A stretch of DNA of 64,000 bases from Mobula birostris (Eukaryota): the NCBI RefSeq assembly GCF_030028105.1, contig NC_092388.1, forward strand, positions 15,929,684-15,993,683, given 5' to 3'. Shown here piece by piece: positions 1-11,415 of this stretch. The number at the start of each line of letters is the position of its first letter. The stretch's first letter is position 1. The notes beneath the pieces are model-generated. The model had not been told where the DNA came from. It saw only the letters and a program-made list of their open reading frames with translations, and did no database searches. Both the position numbers and the translations under genes were made by a program.

Positions 1-54
1 AGTTGTTTAAAGGCCAGTTGATTAGAATCCAAGACTGAAAGATAAGGATGGCAA

Positions 55-400
55 GGTTTGTGAACCTTGGATGACAGAGATATGTAAGTTAAGTCAAAAA
101 GAAAGAAGTATATGCAAGGCTTAGGACTTTGATAGAAATCAAGGCTCTGACACAATATGCAGGAAAGTAGTAAACAAGGTAGGGCTAAAAAGATGCAATG
201 AAATTTCCTTGGCAAATAGAATTCAGGAGAATTTCAAGGAAATATATATTAGGAGCAAGATGGCAGCTGGGGAAAGGGTACAGTGATTCAAGAACACAGG
301 AGAAGATTCATACCTAGAGATGGAGGGAGTGGGTAAGTTATGATAACTACTTCCAAACAATATCCCTGTAGAAACTTCAATATTCTGGTCAAGCTCATTC
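55..400 (+). mobile_element. Degraded CR1 LINE ORF2 fragment (between endonuclease and RT)
   Basis: ccttggatgaca (PWMT) and ttggcaaatagaattcaggagaat...tatattaggagcaag resemble the CR1 'LA-RIKENPK-FY-YIRSK' segment; frames are broken. Confidence 0.5.
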
Positions 401-626
401 CCCAAATCAAAGCCTAGTATGACCTTAATGAATGCATTGCATTCGTATTCACCAAGGAGAAGCAAATAGAGGCAGCTGAGGTAGAAAGGGATATTTTGAT
501 GAGTTTCGATATTCAAGAGTATATTAGCAGTCCCTTTGGAGTGGTAAGTGCCAATGATCACAGGCCACAGGGCGCATCAGCCACTGCTCGTTTGAGAGCA
601 ACCTCATTTCCAAGACTGGTGATTGT

Positions 627-810
627 AAGTTCAAACTTCAAAGTTTAAAGTATATTTATTATCAAAGCATGTATAATACATCTAACCTTGAGGTTTATCT
701 CCTTACAAACAGTGACAAAACAAAGAAACGCAATAGAACCCATTGAAAAAAGAAAACCTGCAAACACCCACTGTGCAGAAAAAAGACATATCACGCAAGA
801 CCCATTCTGA
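627..810 (-). repeat. Dispersed repeat resembling a LINE 3' tail (family unassigned)
   Basis: The same sequence (ttattatcaaag..tataca..acc..gag..tt..cttc..acagacagc..aaacaaagaaa) recurs at ~3322-3430 and ~12335-12600 (-), and at ~28555-28655 and ~39500-39632 (+). Confidence 0.5.
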
Positions 811-1834
811 TGATCTGAGTACAATAATTTCATCTGACACAAATTGGCAGCCATGTTTCTTAGATTTTACAATCATTGTGGTTTAAAAGTAAACCAACAT
901 GACATACACTGAATAAAATATTGTAAATCGTCTCCTCATTTCTATCAGTTATGTTTCACCCCACTGGACTAAGGGAAAAAAGCTATATACCTTGAAGGCA
1001 ACTTTATTCCTGATCAGCAATTATGTTGTTTCAAGAATTTGGGGGAAAGCTCCAGCTATTTTCTTTAAATTATTTTAATGAACAGAAAATTGTGAGGAAT
1101 ATGAGCCCAAAATTTTCATTGCACATTTTTGGAGGGGAACACTTTGCACAAAGAACAAAAGCATGCAAAATAAGCACACATGTCTATGATGGAAGCATTC
1201 TTCTCTGTATTTTTGGAGAGTAATTTGCTCATTTTTTTGTCAGAAGGCCTGCAATTTATTTTAATTGCTCAAGTGGACCTGGCTCAAATGCATTCATGTG
1301 TTCAATAAGAATGAGAGAAGGTGCATTCTTGGCATTTGCCTCTGAGGGATATTTATTGATATGTTGGGAGACGTCACTCTTCTGGTTGTTCTAAGCAAGA
1401 TTTTCCTCAAAGTGTAATTTCATTAGAGCAGCAAAGTTTGTTATTCTAATGAAAATCCTCAACTTCAAAGATGTTCATTTGTCTGCGTATCAGTTTTCTC
1501 AAATGAGTATAAGTCAATCTAACAGAAAGAGCTTTGTTGACCCCTGTCCCTCTGATTACCCACAATCCTAGTTTACTTTATTAATGGACAGTCACATAGG
1601 TCTAAGTAAAGTCTGCAATAACTGTTGACTGCATTCTTACAGCAAATTTTCTTAAACAGGACATAACTTAATGCTCATATCATAGAATTCAATTTAGTGT
1701 TTTTGAGTTTTTAGAGTGATTTCCAAGAAAAGAAAATTATCTGGATCTATTCAAAAGTTCATTCTTTACAGTTGAAATGTCAATCATGTTGATTGTTTCA
1801 GTCTGCTGAGATTCCACTGAATCTTTGCTCAATA

Positions 1835-1970
1835 TGCACTCAGTGTATGCTTGTGATCTTCTGGATTCAATGTGTTCTGCATTCAGAGATGCTCTTCCGC
1901 ACACCACTGTTGTAAAGCGTGCTTATTTGAGTTACTGTTGACTTCCTGTCCGCTTGAATTAGTCCGTCAT
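1835..1970. mobile_element. Non-autonomous Tc1-like DNA transposon fragment
   Basis: ttcagagatgctcttccgcacaccactgttgtaa...ttcctgtc.gcttgaa matches the internal sequence of the TIR-bounded copies at 21115-22100 and 43487-44560. Confidence 0.6.
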
Positions 1971-2214
1971 TGCATGACGGAGTGTATTCTCTGTTATCCA
2001 AGGTCTACCATCTGAAGTTCTTTAAATCAGCCCCTCTATATTTCACTTCCATCTTCTTGTATATTCTCTTTTTAGTTGGTGGCCATTCAGAGCGTTAGGT
2101 CTCTGCCAGTGTTCTCATCAATTAAGATTCTCCTCTTATTTCCCTGCAACCTATTCTATCTCAAAAGCCCATTGCCCTTGCATGATACTTCTAAATTGAT
2201 TTGAGTAAAATATT

Positions 2215-2535
2215 TGATTTATTTGAAATATTGAAACATACAGTGAAATATGTTGTTTGTGCAGTGTCCAATACTGTCTGATGATAGCCTGCAGAATTGC
2301 ACTTTGAGGTGGTGATAACTTGAAGGTTTTGCCTTGCTTCTGGTGCCAACATAGCATGCCCACAACTTACAAACCTTAACCGTCTGCCTTGGAAGTGTGG
2401 GTGGAAGTCAGAGCACCCAGATGAATCCCATGGGGAGAACGTACGAACTTCTTACAGACAGCGGTGGGAATTGAACTTGAATCGCTGGTGCTGTAAAGAG
2501 TTACGCTAAGCACTACACTACCATGTCATCCTGCT
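2215..2535 (-). mobile_element. tRNA-derived V-SINE (HE1-like)
   Basis: Minus strand shows an A/B-box head (tggtagtgtagtgcttagc...gttcaattccc), then a V-domain-like gttctcccc...gggtgctc.g.ttcc.cccaca; many copies in the window. Confidence 0.75.
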
Positions 2536-2594
2536 ACCCTACCATTTCTTTTGAAAATGTCAAATATCATTCAGCCTATCAATGTTTACCCTGG

Positions 2595-2902
2595 TATGAA
2601 CATTGAATTCTCCAACTTCTGGTAATTCCCTTCTACTACCCATTGTGCTTTCCCCTATTTCTTCTTCACTTTTCTTGCCTATTCCCTCCCTGCTTCCCCT
2701 CCGCACCCCTTTATCTTTCCCCTTACTGGTTTTTCACCTGGATCCTACCAACCTTCTCCTTCCCACCCTCCCCACCTTCTTTACAGGCCATCTGCCCCTT
2801 CCCTCTACAGTCCTGACGCAGGCATCCAGCCAGAAACGTTGACTGATCGTTTCCACGGATGCTGCCCGACCTGCTGAGTTCCTCCAGTGTGTTGTGAGTG
2901 TT
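2595..2902 (+). mobile_element. 5'-truncated Penelope-like element (ORF end plus pseudo-LTR with degenerate hammerhead)
   Basis: Encodes ...MNIEFSNFW* (the same C-terminus as the 28864-29435 copy); pyrimidine tract; agtc-ctgacgc...gaaacgttgact at 2809-2844; 14-bp direct repeat aatgtttaccctgg at 2581-2594 and 2903-2916. Confidence 0.8.
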
Positions 2903-3029
2903 AATGTTTACCCTGGATGTGGCCTGTTTCTCATATTACTTTTCTTCTTCTTTTCTAACTTCAGCGAGAGGTCTAGGAATCACGATCGCCTTGATTTCAC
3001 CATTTTGAAGCTGATTTGCATTTGCAGCA

Positions 3030-3310
3030 GGAGACAGGAGACAGCCAGTTCCATCACGGGCTCAGCGCTCCCCCCCACCAATGAGGACATCTTCCAGAGC
3101 TGGTGTCTCAAGAAGGCAGCATCCGTTATTAATGATCGTCACGACCCAGGACATGCCCTTTTCATGCTATTTCCATCAGATACAGGAGGCTGAAGATCCA
3201 CATTCAACACTTTCAGAACAGCATCTTTCCTTCTGCCGTCAGGGGCCTGAATTGTAGACAAAACCCACAAACACCGTCTCGTTTTTCATCTTTTACACTA
3301 TTAATTTATT
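3030..3310 (+). mobile_element. Rex1/Babar LINE 3' fragment
   Basis: Translates to ASSITGSALP..EDIFQSWCLKKAASVINDRHDPGHALFMLFPS, the C-terminus shared with the other Rex1 copies here. Confidence 0.75.
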
Positions 3311-3464
3311 TTCAAACTGATTCAAAGTACACTCATGATCAAAGTATGTAGGCAGTACACAACTCTGAGGTTCGTCTTCCCACAGACAGCTACGAAGCAA
3401 AGGAACACTATGGAACCCATTCGAAGAAAAACAGCGTCCCTCCCCCAGAGTGGGGGGGTGGGGA

Positions 3465-3655
3465 ACGTCGACTCAGACCATGAGAGGCCTGTGTCGGGCA
3501 TTTCCATGCCTCACAAGGCGCAGATTGGAAGTCTGTGTGGGGCGCCACACTGGAGCAACGTGTGGTTAAGTGCCTTGCTCAAGGACACAAACACGCTGTC
3601 ACAGCTGAGGCTCGGACTAGCGACCTTCAGGTCACTAGGTGAAGGCCTTAACGCC
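3465..3655 (-). mobile_element. tRNA-headed CORE-type SINE
   Basis: Minus strand shows a tRNA-like head, then gtgtccttgagcaaggcacttaacc (CORE-like motif) and a tail ending atggtctgagtcgacg. Confidence 0.6.
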
Positions 3656-4574
3656 TTATGTTAGTAATTATAAGCCTGATTCGGATTGGGATATCCTTAC
3701 TAAATTACAGGCATCTGTCATAACGTTTTTTGTTAATATTCAATTAGAAAAGCCACTCGCTAAACAGCCTGCATGTATTCCAGACCCCTTGGCCGTGCTC
3801 TTCCAATCAAGGAATGAGGATCAAGAACCAACTTTATTGGACATATACTGTGTATTTACATGTATTAGGAATTTGCGGTGGTGTGTTAGTCAGGATGCTT
3901 GTTGGCCAGTTTAGTGCTGTCCAGAAGGGAACTTTGGGAAAAGGCAGTTTGCTGGGTAGGTATTGTCTGCATTGATCTTTCCTGCATGCTCCTTTGTCTA
4001 GAAAACATACAAGTACCGCAGTGATAGCAGACTGCAGTCAATGACCTCTTCTGCTGACCAGACAGCTCACTGTAGTTTTGGTAAATTATAAAAGGATGTT
4101 GCACCAAACCCGACAGTAATACTCTCTATGATGGCATGAGCAACTGTATCAGTGCATTCCGAGGAAGATGCAATTTTACCAACTGCTGCAAGAAGTACAT
4201 CCTCTGCTGAGACTTCTGTTAATGAAGGAGATATGGTTCTCCGACACAAGATCCTGCAAAATAACCCAAGCACCTGACTGTTGAAACAGCGGTATAACTG
4301 TAGTGTTGTTGATGATGAGTGGGTGGAAAGCAGACACATTTCTTCTGGAAGTCGATACGCATATCTGCTCATAGGCAGTGTGAGCAGCATACTAGCTGAT
4401 GTCAGGATCTGTTTACTCTACAGACTTCCAGCAGTTGTGTAATGTGCACAATCTACGTAAAGCTTTCGAATGTATGCAGGATCTGCCTGGCCTTTGAGAG
4501 AACAGTGTTCGTGGCCATTCTCTAACCACCACCCATTGCGTCAATAATATGTCATGTTATTTTATCACGGAAGC

Positions 4575-5330
4575 TCAGAATCAGCTCTATTATCACTGAC
4601 ACATTATCTGGAAACACACATAAAAGTTGCTGGCGAACGCAGCAGGCCAGGCAGCATCTCTAGGAAGAGGTGCAGTCGACGTTTCAGGCCGAGACCCTTC
4701 GTCCCTAAGGGAAAATCCCTTACTCACTCTTCCTTCAGTTAGTCCTGACGAAGGGTCTCGGCCTGAAACAAATCCCTTACTCACTCTTCCTTCAGTTAGT
4801 CCCGACGAAGGGTCTCGGCCTGAAACATCGACTGCACCTCTTCCTAGAGATACTGCCTGGCCTGCTGCGTTCACCAGCAACTTTTATGTGTGTTGCTTGA
4901 ATTTCCAGCATCTGCAGAATTCCTGTTGTTTACATTATCTTGAAGTTTGTTTTGTGGCAACAGTAGACGGCAATACATAAAATATGCTATAAATAATAAT
5001 TGGAATTTTATGGTATATAAAAATAAATAAGTACGGCAAAAAGAGAGGAAGAATAGTAAGCTGATGTTGAAGCTTACTGACGGTCCATTCAGAAATATGA
5101 ATGTGGAGGGAAGAAGCTGTTCTGAACACACTGTGGTATTTTCAGGCTCTTGTACCTCCTTTATGATGACAGTGGTGAGAAGCAGGCATGTCTGGGGTGG
5201 TGGAGGGCCACCTTCTGAAGATGTTGTCAGTGCTGGGGAGGCTAGTGCCTGTGATGGAGCTGGCTGAGATTACAACTCTCTGCAGCTTTTTCCGATTCTG
5301 TGCAGTGGCCAACCATTCCAGATGGAGGTG
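4575..5330 (-). mobile_element. Rex1/Babar LINE 3' part, interrupted by a Penelope-derived insertion
   Basis: tcagaatcag..tattatcactga tail; minus frame KKLQRVVISASSITGTSLPSTDNIFRRW. Confidence 0.7.
4610..4931. mobile_element. Penelope-derived palindromic insertion: inverted pseudo-LTR copy plus tandem double hammerhead motif
   Basis: Inverted arms ~4613-4703 and 4804-4894; 57-bp tandem unit at 4713-4769 and 4770-4826; 9-bp TSD acattatct at 4601-4609 and 4932-4940. Confidence 0.85.
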
Positions 5331-6415
5331 CACAGTGAGCCCTTCATTCTGAAATAGGAGGAACCCATCCAAGTTTTCTGCTTCCCTTTCTCACTCTGCC
5401 TTACAAAATTACTCCCACCTTTACCCCTCAGAAGATTTTTGACATGTTGAGTTGCCCAAGGCTTATTGTAAACCACCAGGGGTATGGTTAGGATTATGGA
5501 TAGTGAATTGTTTCTTAGACCAGATACAAATCTTTTGGGATAATGATTGATTCCAGACTAGGAAAAGGTTGAAATTGGTCTATTTATTCCTCATCATTTG
5601 GACTTCAGCGTAAGGAGCACATTCTTGAGATCTGCTGATAATAGTAAAGGAGGACTTTAGAAACCACCAGTGGGAATAATAATAGATTTGAAGGAAATTA
5701 ATAGTTAATGAATTACCAGTTCTGGCATGAATTAGATACAAATTGTGAGGTGATATCATTTGGGAGAAATAAAGAAAAGTTAGAAGAAAATATTGGTGTT
5801 TTAAAGGGTGGGAAGATTAATGCTGTGAGAACTGTGGGCTTGCAGGACATAATAGATAATATGTATTGTCAGTGATGAGTTGAATAGCAGTCAAGCATGG
5901 ATGATAGAAGCCACAGCTTGATCACCTTCTCTATTCTTGCCCACTTCTTCATGCTTATGTAATCTATGAAATTCTTGGGGAAGGAATGAGAAGCAGAGCC
6001 AGGGTCCAATAGGAAATAAAAAGCAATGGCCATTCCACAGCCATAACAACCAGCCAAAACTGATGCAGTCTCAGTGTGAGGGCATGTTCATCAAACAGAG
6101 AGACGTAAACGAGGTTAGGAATGTATGAACTTCAGAGAGAAAGGTCCACAAATGTGGAGATTATGACCAGGGTCACAGTTAGAGAACACTGTTTTCCTGG
6201 AGGTCTGAGAGAATCTGCACAGATTATCAGACTTTGCTCTGGTATCCCATCTGCATCCATTTTGTACATTGAAGTCCATACTCAAACCAATTCAAACTAG
6301 ATGAAAACCACAAGCAAGCCTGAAGAATTTATATTGCTTAACTCTAAATTCTCAACATCTTAAATGCCTTCAGACTTAACTACTTATCTACTTAAAAAGG
6401 AAATGATTTATAACA

Positions 6416-6685
6416 AGGCAACACACACAAAATGCCGGAGGATCTCAGCAGGTCAGGCAGCATTTATGGAAATGAAAGAACAGTCGTTGTTTCGGGCCCA
6501 GACACTTTATCAGGACTGGATGAAGGGCCTTGGCCCAAAATGTTGATCATTCCTGATGAAGGATCTTGGCCCAAAACATTGACTGTTTATTCATTTCCAT
6601 AGATGTTGGCTGACCCTTGGCGTTCCTCCAGCATTTTGTATGTTGCCTTGGATTTCCAGCATCTGCAGACTTTTTCATGGTTGTC
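6416..6685. mobile_element. Older Penelope-derived palindromic insertion with two tandem degenerate hammerhead motifs
   Basis: Inverted copy ending at ...atcaggact (~6517), then gatgaagggccttggcccaaaatgttga and ctgatgaaggatcttggcccaaaacattgact; 10-bp TSD atttataaca at 6406-6415 and 6686-6695. Confidence 0.8.
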
Positions 6686-6842
6686 ATTTATAACACGATT
6701 TTTCTTTTACCTCCACAGCTTCATAAGAAATAGAATTCTGTTAAATAGAATTTGGTTGGAACCTTCTTGGACAGTAACACAAAATAGGTCTAATGAGTAT
6801 TATTCAAACATTGAAAAAAAATTCAAGCAGTCGCTATTAAGT

Positions 6843-7180
6843 ATCATCATTATGTACAGTGTCATATAGTGTAGGTGATCATGGTCTTCCACCTGTCTCT
6901 ATCCATAACCATGATTTTTTTAGCATTTTTTTTCTCTAGAAGAGGTTTTCCATTGTCTTCTTCTGGGCAGTGTTATCAATACTCTTCAGAGATTGCCTGC
7001 ATAACCAGGGCTCGTGATAAGCACCAGTTGCTCACACAACTATCCACCACCTACTCCCGTAGATTTATGTGACTTTAATTGGGGGGGGGGTAACATCTTG
7101 CCCAAGGGTGACCTGCAGGTTAGCAGAGCGAAGGAATACCTTACACCTCCTTTGGTAGAGATGTAGCTCCACCACGCCAA
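6843..7180 (-). mobile_element. SINE-like element with an RTE/Bov-B-type segment
   Basis: Reverse copy of the element at 25388-25772. Confidence 0.6.
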
Positions 7181-7786
7181 CCACATTATAAAAAACCCTG
7201 CAAATATTGCAGATTTCAGCATGAAAACAAAGGGAGATTATAAATCATAATTTGACAAAATTACTAGTGCCAAGGAAAATAATTTGATGACTATGTGCGT
7301 TGTAGATCCTTTCATAAATTATTTAATATATATAAACAATTACAATCTTTTTATGATCCAACTGCTCCAAAATTAATATTTTGCGTATGGTTTGAATGTT
7401 CTTTGAAATGTTTTAAATGTCATTTAAAATTAGAGTTAAACATTAAAATGTTTTAATGTGGTGAAAATTAATCATTAGTCTTGTTTATTTTGTTGCCTCA
7501 GCGAATTAGGACATAGAACATAGAATTCTCCAATGTGGTTGGCTGGTTAGCCAGATTAATAAGAAAGGATCACATGAACATTGAAGAGGTCCATGCTAGT
7601 GTTTATATTCCACCTAAGCTTACTGTTGTTTTGCTTCATCTAAATCAATGTAACTCTCTATTCCTTTCTCCCTTTTCCCTCTTATGCTTGACCAACTTCT
7701 TCTGAAATGTCTCCTGTCATAGCAAATTCCCCATCACTGCAACTGGTTAAAGGGTTTTCTTCCAAATTCATTATTGGATGTCAAAG

Positions 7787-8253
7787 TGTCACAACTGCGG
7801 AGACTTCCGTGGAGTCTGGGCGCAATCGCAGGCGGGAAGCTGAAAGAAGACGGCAATTGTGCATGTGAGGATGCACTCATTCCAGTCAATTAGAGCTTCT
7901 TTGCAACTGTATTCAGCTCTTTTCCTTTTGTTTCAGTCTTGTCAAGTCTTGATCAAGGCACATTGATAACAATGTTCCCTGCTTACCTTAGTCCACATTC
8001 CAGGAAAGGAGATTAGCAACTTTGATAGACACTGTTAAAGGAGTGGTATTAATTTAGTTTTAGGTTACTGCTTTTGAGCCACAGTGATGGCATTAGTGTT
8101 TAGTTAGTTCGAGAGAATTTTGTTAGTGGCCCTGTTGGTAGAGAGTTTATAAATATCTCCCTTTGTCCTGTACAGTTCTTATTAAAACTCAGTGAATTGT
8201 TTCTTTCTGTGTCTATGTCTCTTCTTCTGTATCATCACTGAATTCCTGTCACA
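7787..8253 (+). mobile_element. Probable solo LTR
   Basis: Starts tgtcac and ends ...tcaca (TG..CA); attaaa at ~8181 near the 3' end; aagt on both sides (overlapping the first T); inserted at a Rex1 tail. Confidence 0.5.
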
Positions 8254-8254
8254 A

Positions 8255-9720
8255 AGTTAGAGTTGAGTCTGTTATTATATTTACAAGGCATGTTTATGTA
8301 GGTACAATGGGAAAAAAAAAGCTTACGTGCAGAAGCATCACAGGCACATGGCATCACATAATCAGTATTCACAAGAAAAACATGTTTTTTACAAGGGAGA
8401 AAACAACTAGGACAAAACGTCAATTAGAGTGCAAAGTGATCAATGTAGTCATGGTGTTGCATCAATCTAGTTATTAGGGTTGTGTTGGTTGATTCAAGAA
8501 CTGAATGGCTGAAGGTAAAAACAACTATTCTTTGACCTGATGGTATTGGACTTCAGGCTTTCTGCCGCCTGCTTGATGGTGATAAGACAATGACATGGCT
8601 TGAATGGAGGTGATCTTTCATGATAGATGTTGCCTTCTTGAAGCTGTGTCTCCAATAGATTCTATTGATGGTGGGGATAGATGTGCCATTGATGTATTGA
8701 ACAGAGTCTACTGCTCTCTGGGATGTATGGGGTGTCCAAGGAGGGGTAACACCTCTGGTGAATGGGCTTGCTTTGTCCATTCTGGAGCAGCTCACTCACC
8801 TTCAGTCCCCACCAGACACTCAGCTCTCAACTGTGGCTCCAATAGCTGTCCGTACGTGATAGCAGCCACACTTGGTACCACGCTTCGATGGGTGGACTAA
8901 ACCGGGTGAGGGTAGCCAGAAAGCCTCACACTCCGGTGAGATAGGGATATGGCTGACCTGTCACGTAAAGTCAGCTCCGGCGGACAGGGGAGATGAAATC
9001 AACAGTGCGATCCAATGGCCAGGAAGGCGGTTGTGCAATGCTTTGTGCAGAGCGAAGGGTGTGAGGAGCCACAGAAGAAGTCATGAACGTGCACCACAAC
9101 CAAGGCAGGCCTCGCTTGTGATGACTACTGGTGCAACTGGACCAAGACTTCCGAGGTTGAGGGAGTGGAACTGCCCAAGCGCATTGTCTTTTCCAGTTTA
9201 AGACACTCCTGCACAAGTTCCCTGCCGTGGTCAGATACGACAGACAGCCATCACTACTCTCTGCACCTTCTTACCTCCCTGCACATTCGATTTGCTGTAC
9301 CAGACCATGATATAACCAGTCAGGACCCTTACAACAGTGCATCAGTAGAAGTTTGCTGGAGAGTTCAGTGACGAGCCAATCCTCCTTAATTTCCTCAGAA
9401 AATGAAGAAGCTGGACCTCATTCCTTGTGACAGCATCTGTGTGCTGGGCTCAGGAGATGTTGGCCAATATGTGAACTCCCAAGAATTTAAAGCTGCTGAC
9501 TCTCTCCATGGTCAGGTCTCCCTATATAGACTGGCACATATTTGACCCCCTTTCTCTTCCTGAGGTCAACTATCAGCTTTTCAGTCTTACTAATAGTGAG
9601 TGAGAGGTTGTAGTGCCACTTAACCAGGTGCCCTATCTCACTCCGGTTAGCTGACTCATCACTGCCTGTAATTTGTCCAAAGTCAGTGGTGTCTTTGGCA
9701 AATTTGTGTATAGCATTAGA
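8255..9720 (-). mobile_element. Degraded Rex1/Babar LINE 3' region, split by the 8721-9258 insertion
   Basis: Minus frame FKKATSIMKDHLH; aagaatttaaagctgctgactctctcc (ERVSSFKFL) at ~9481-9507; gtggtgtctttggcaaatttg (KFAxDT-like) at ~9690. Confidence 0.7.
8721..9258 (+). mobile_element. Unclassified ~540-bp non-autonomous insertion (possibly RTE-related)
   Basis: Interrupts Rex1 with ctctg repeated at both junctions; a diverged partial copy lies at ~11965-12210. Confidence 0.5.
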
Positions 9721-9799
9721 GACTTCTAGCTATGTTCTTCTCCACTAGTGGAAACATTATCACTATTTTATCTCAAACAATACACTTAATCACTTTAAA

Positions 9800-10120
9800 G
9801 ACCTTCAAAAGGCAATACATCTTGAAGGCAGCATCTATCATAAAGGACCCTTGCCATCTGGAACATGCCCTCTTCCCATTACTACCTCATCAGGAGGTAC
9901 AGAAGTCTGAAGACATGCACTCAATGTTTTAGGAACAACTTCTTCCCCTGCACCTTCCGATTTCTTAACTGGCCATAAACTAATGAACACTACATCACTA
10001 CTGTGCTCTCTATTTTTGCACTAATTACTTATTTTTATATGTTTCTTATTGTAACTTCAGTGATTCTTTATGTATTGCACTGTACTGTTCTGCAATACAA
10101 TAACTTTCACAGCATATATT
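9800..10120 (+). mobile_element. Rex1/Babar LINE 3' fragment
   Basis: ILKAASIIKDPCHLEHALFPLLP frame followed by the family 3' UTR. Confidence 0.7.
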
Positions 10121-10157
10121 ACTGTGCAAAAGTCTCAGGGATATAGATATACAAACG

Positions 10158-10197
<40 letters not shown>

Positions 10198-10714
10198 CAC
10201 ACACACATAGCTAGGGTGCCTAAGAATTTTGCACAGTACGACATCTGTCAATGTGGAGCAGAGAAAGGGTTTGTGAAATTGGCGGGAGCAAAGGTTGTTG
10301 GGAATGGCGAGGGTGGAGCATTGTGGGAGGGGTGTGGGACAAGTGACAGAGAAAGAGTGCTGTGGGAGGGGCTGACATGGGTACAGACACACCCAGCCCT
10401 GAGACACCAAGCAAGGTCATTTGATTCCAAACAGTTATTTTATTGATCATTACAGAATGCCTGTCTGGTGTTTCCTGCTCTCTCCCCTCTCCCTTCCCCT
10501 TTTTCCAACCACAATTCCCCTCTCCCTGCCCTTTTCCACTCTCAGTCCACATTAGAGACCCAGATCAGAATCAGGTTTATCATCACTCACATACGTCATG
10601 ATTTTTGTTTTTGCAGCCACGTTACAGTACAATACATAAAATTACTATAGTACTGTGCAAAAGTCTTAGGCACCCTAGCTATTTATATGTACCTAAGACT
10701 TTTGTGCAGTACTG
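10121..10714. mobile_element. Composite Tc1-type MITE: two mini-MITEs flanking a ~400-bp captured segment
   Basis: TIR actgtgcaaaagtct..ag and its complement at 10121, ~10222-10239, 10651 and ~10695-10714; a (CA)n run lies inside the first mini-MITE; the whole unit recurs inverted at 16838-17510. Confidence 0.7.
10160..10207. repeat. (CA)n microsatellite
   Basis: Directly visible; one GC interruption. Confidence 0.95.
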
Positions 10715-11114
10715 TATGTCAGTGATGATAAAATATTTCTGATTCTGATTTTGACTTTCACAGGTCACTTCACACAACTTCTCTTTTCAGGTGAACAGAG
10801 AAGCTATACGGCTATGACATTGCAGAAACGTCACTGAGGGATCCCGGGGAGCTGGACCCCGGGAAACTTAACCAATTTCCCCTGGGATCAATAAAGTATG
10901 ACTATGACTATGATGACTCACTGGAAGCAATCTGACATAAAAGGACAACTGGCATCTTTCTTGTCTCCTTTCTTTGCCATTAGCAGTGTGCAAGATTGCT
11001 TTATCACTGACCGGAGTAAAGATTGTATGTAAAATAAAATTAAAGCAAGGTTGGACAATTGACTATTGTCTGGGACTAATTTCACCTTCCATAATAATTA
11101 TTATTCATGTTAAT

Positions 11115-11415
11115 AATTTATTTATCTAGTTATTTATTAACCGATTGATTGAGATACAGTGTGGAGTAGCCCATTCTGGCCCACTGCCCAGCAAACCCTA
11201 ATTTACCCCTAGCCTAACCACAGGGCAATTTACAATGACCAATTAACCTATCAACCAGTACGTCTTTGGACTGTGGGAGGAGACTGGAGCACCCAGAGGA
11301 AACCCACGTGGTCACGGGGGGAATGTACACCTTCCTTACAGACAGCGGCGGGAATTGAACCTGGGTAGGCTTAACTGCAAGGCGTTGTGCTAACCATTAT
11401 GCTACCATGCTGCCC
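11115..11415 (-). mobile_element. V-SINE
   Basis: Minus-strand head gggcagcatggtagcataatggttagc...ggttcaattcccg; V-domain; (ttta)n-like tail. Confidence 0.8.

Noticed and set aside
4593-4980. Overlapping antisense ORFs with identical peptides (MLxNAAGQAxSLGRGAVDVSGRDPSS)
   Set aside because: An artefact of the palindromic Penelope pseudo-LTR; the same peptides recur at the other copies of this subfamily.
10778-10840. Possible splice acceptor (ttctcttttcag|gtgaac) and exon
   Set aside because: No convincing donor or recognisable peptide follows, and the region is interrupted by a LINE-tail insertion.
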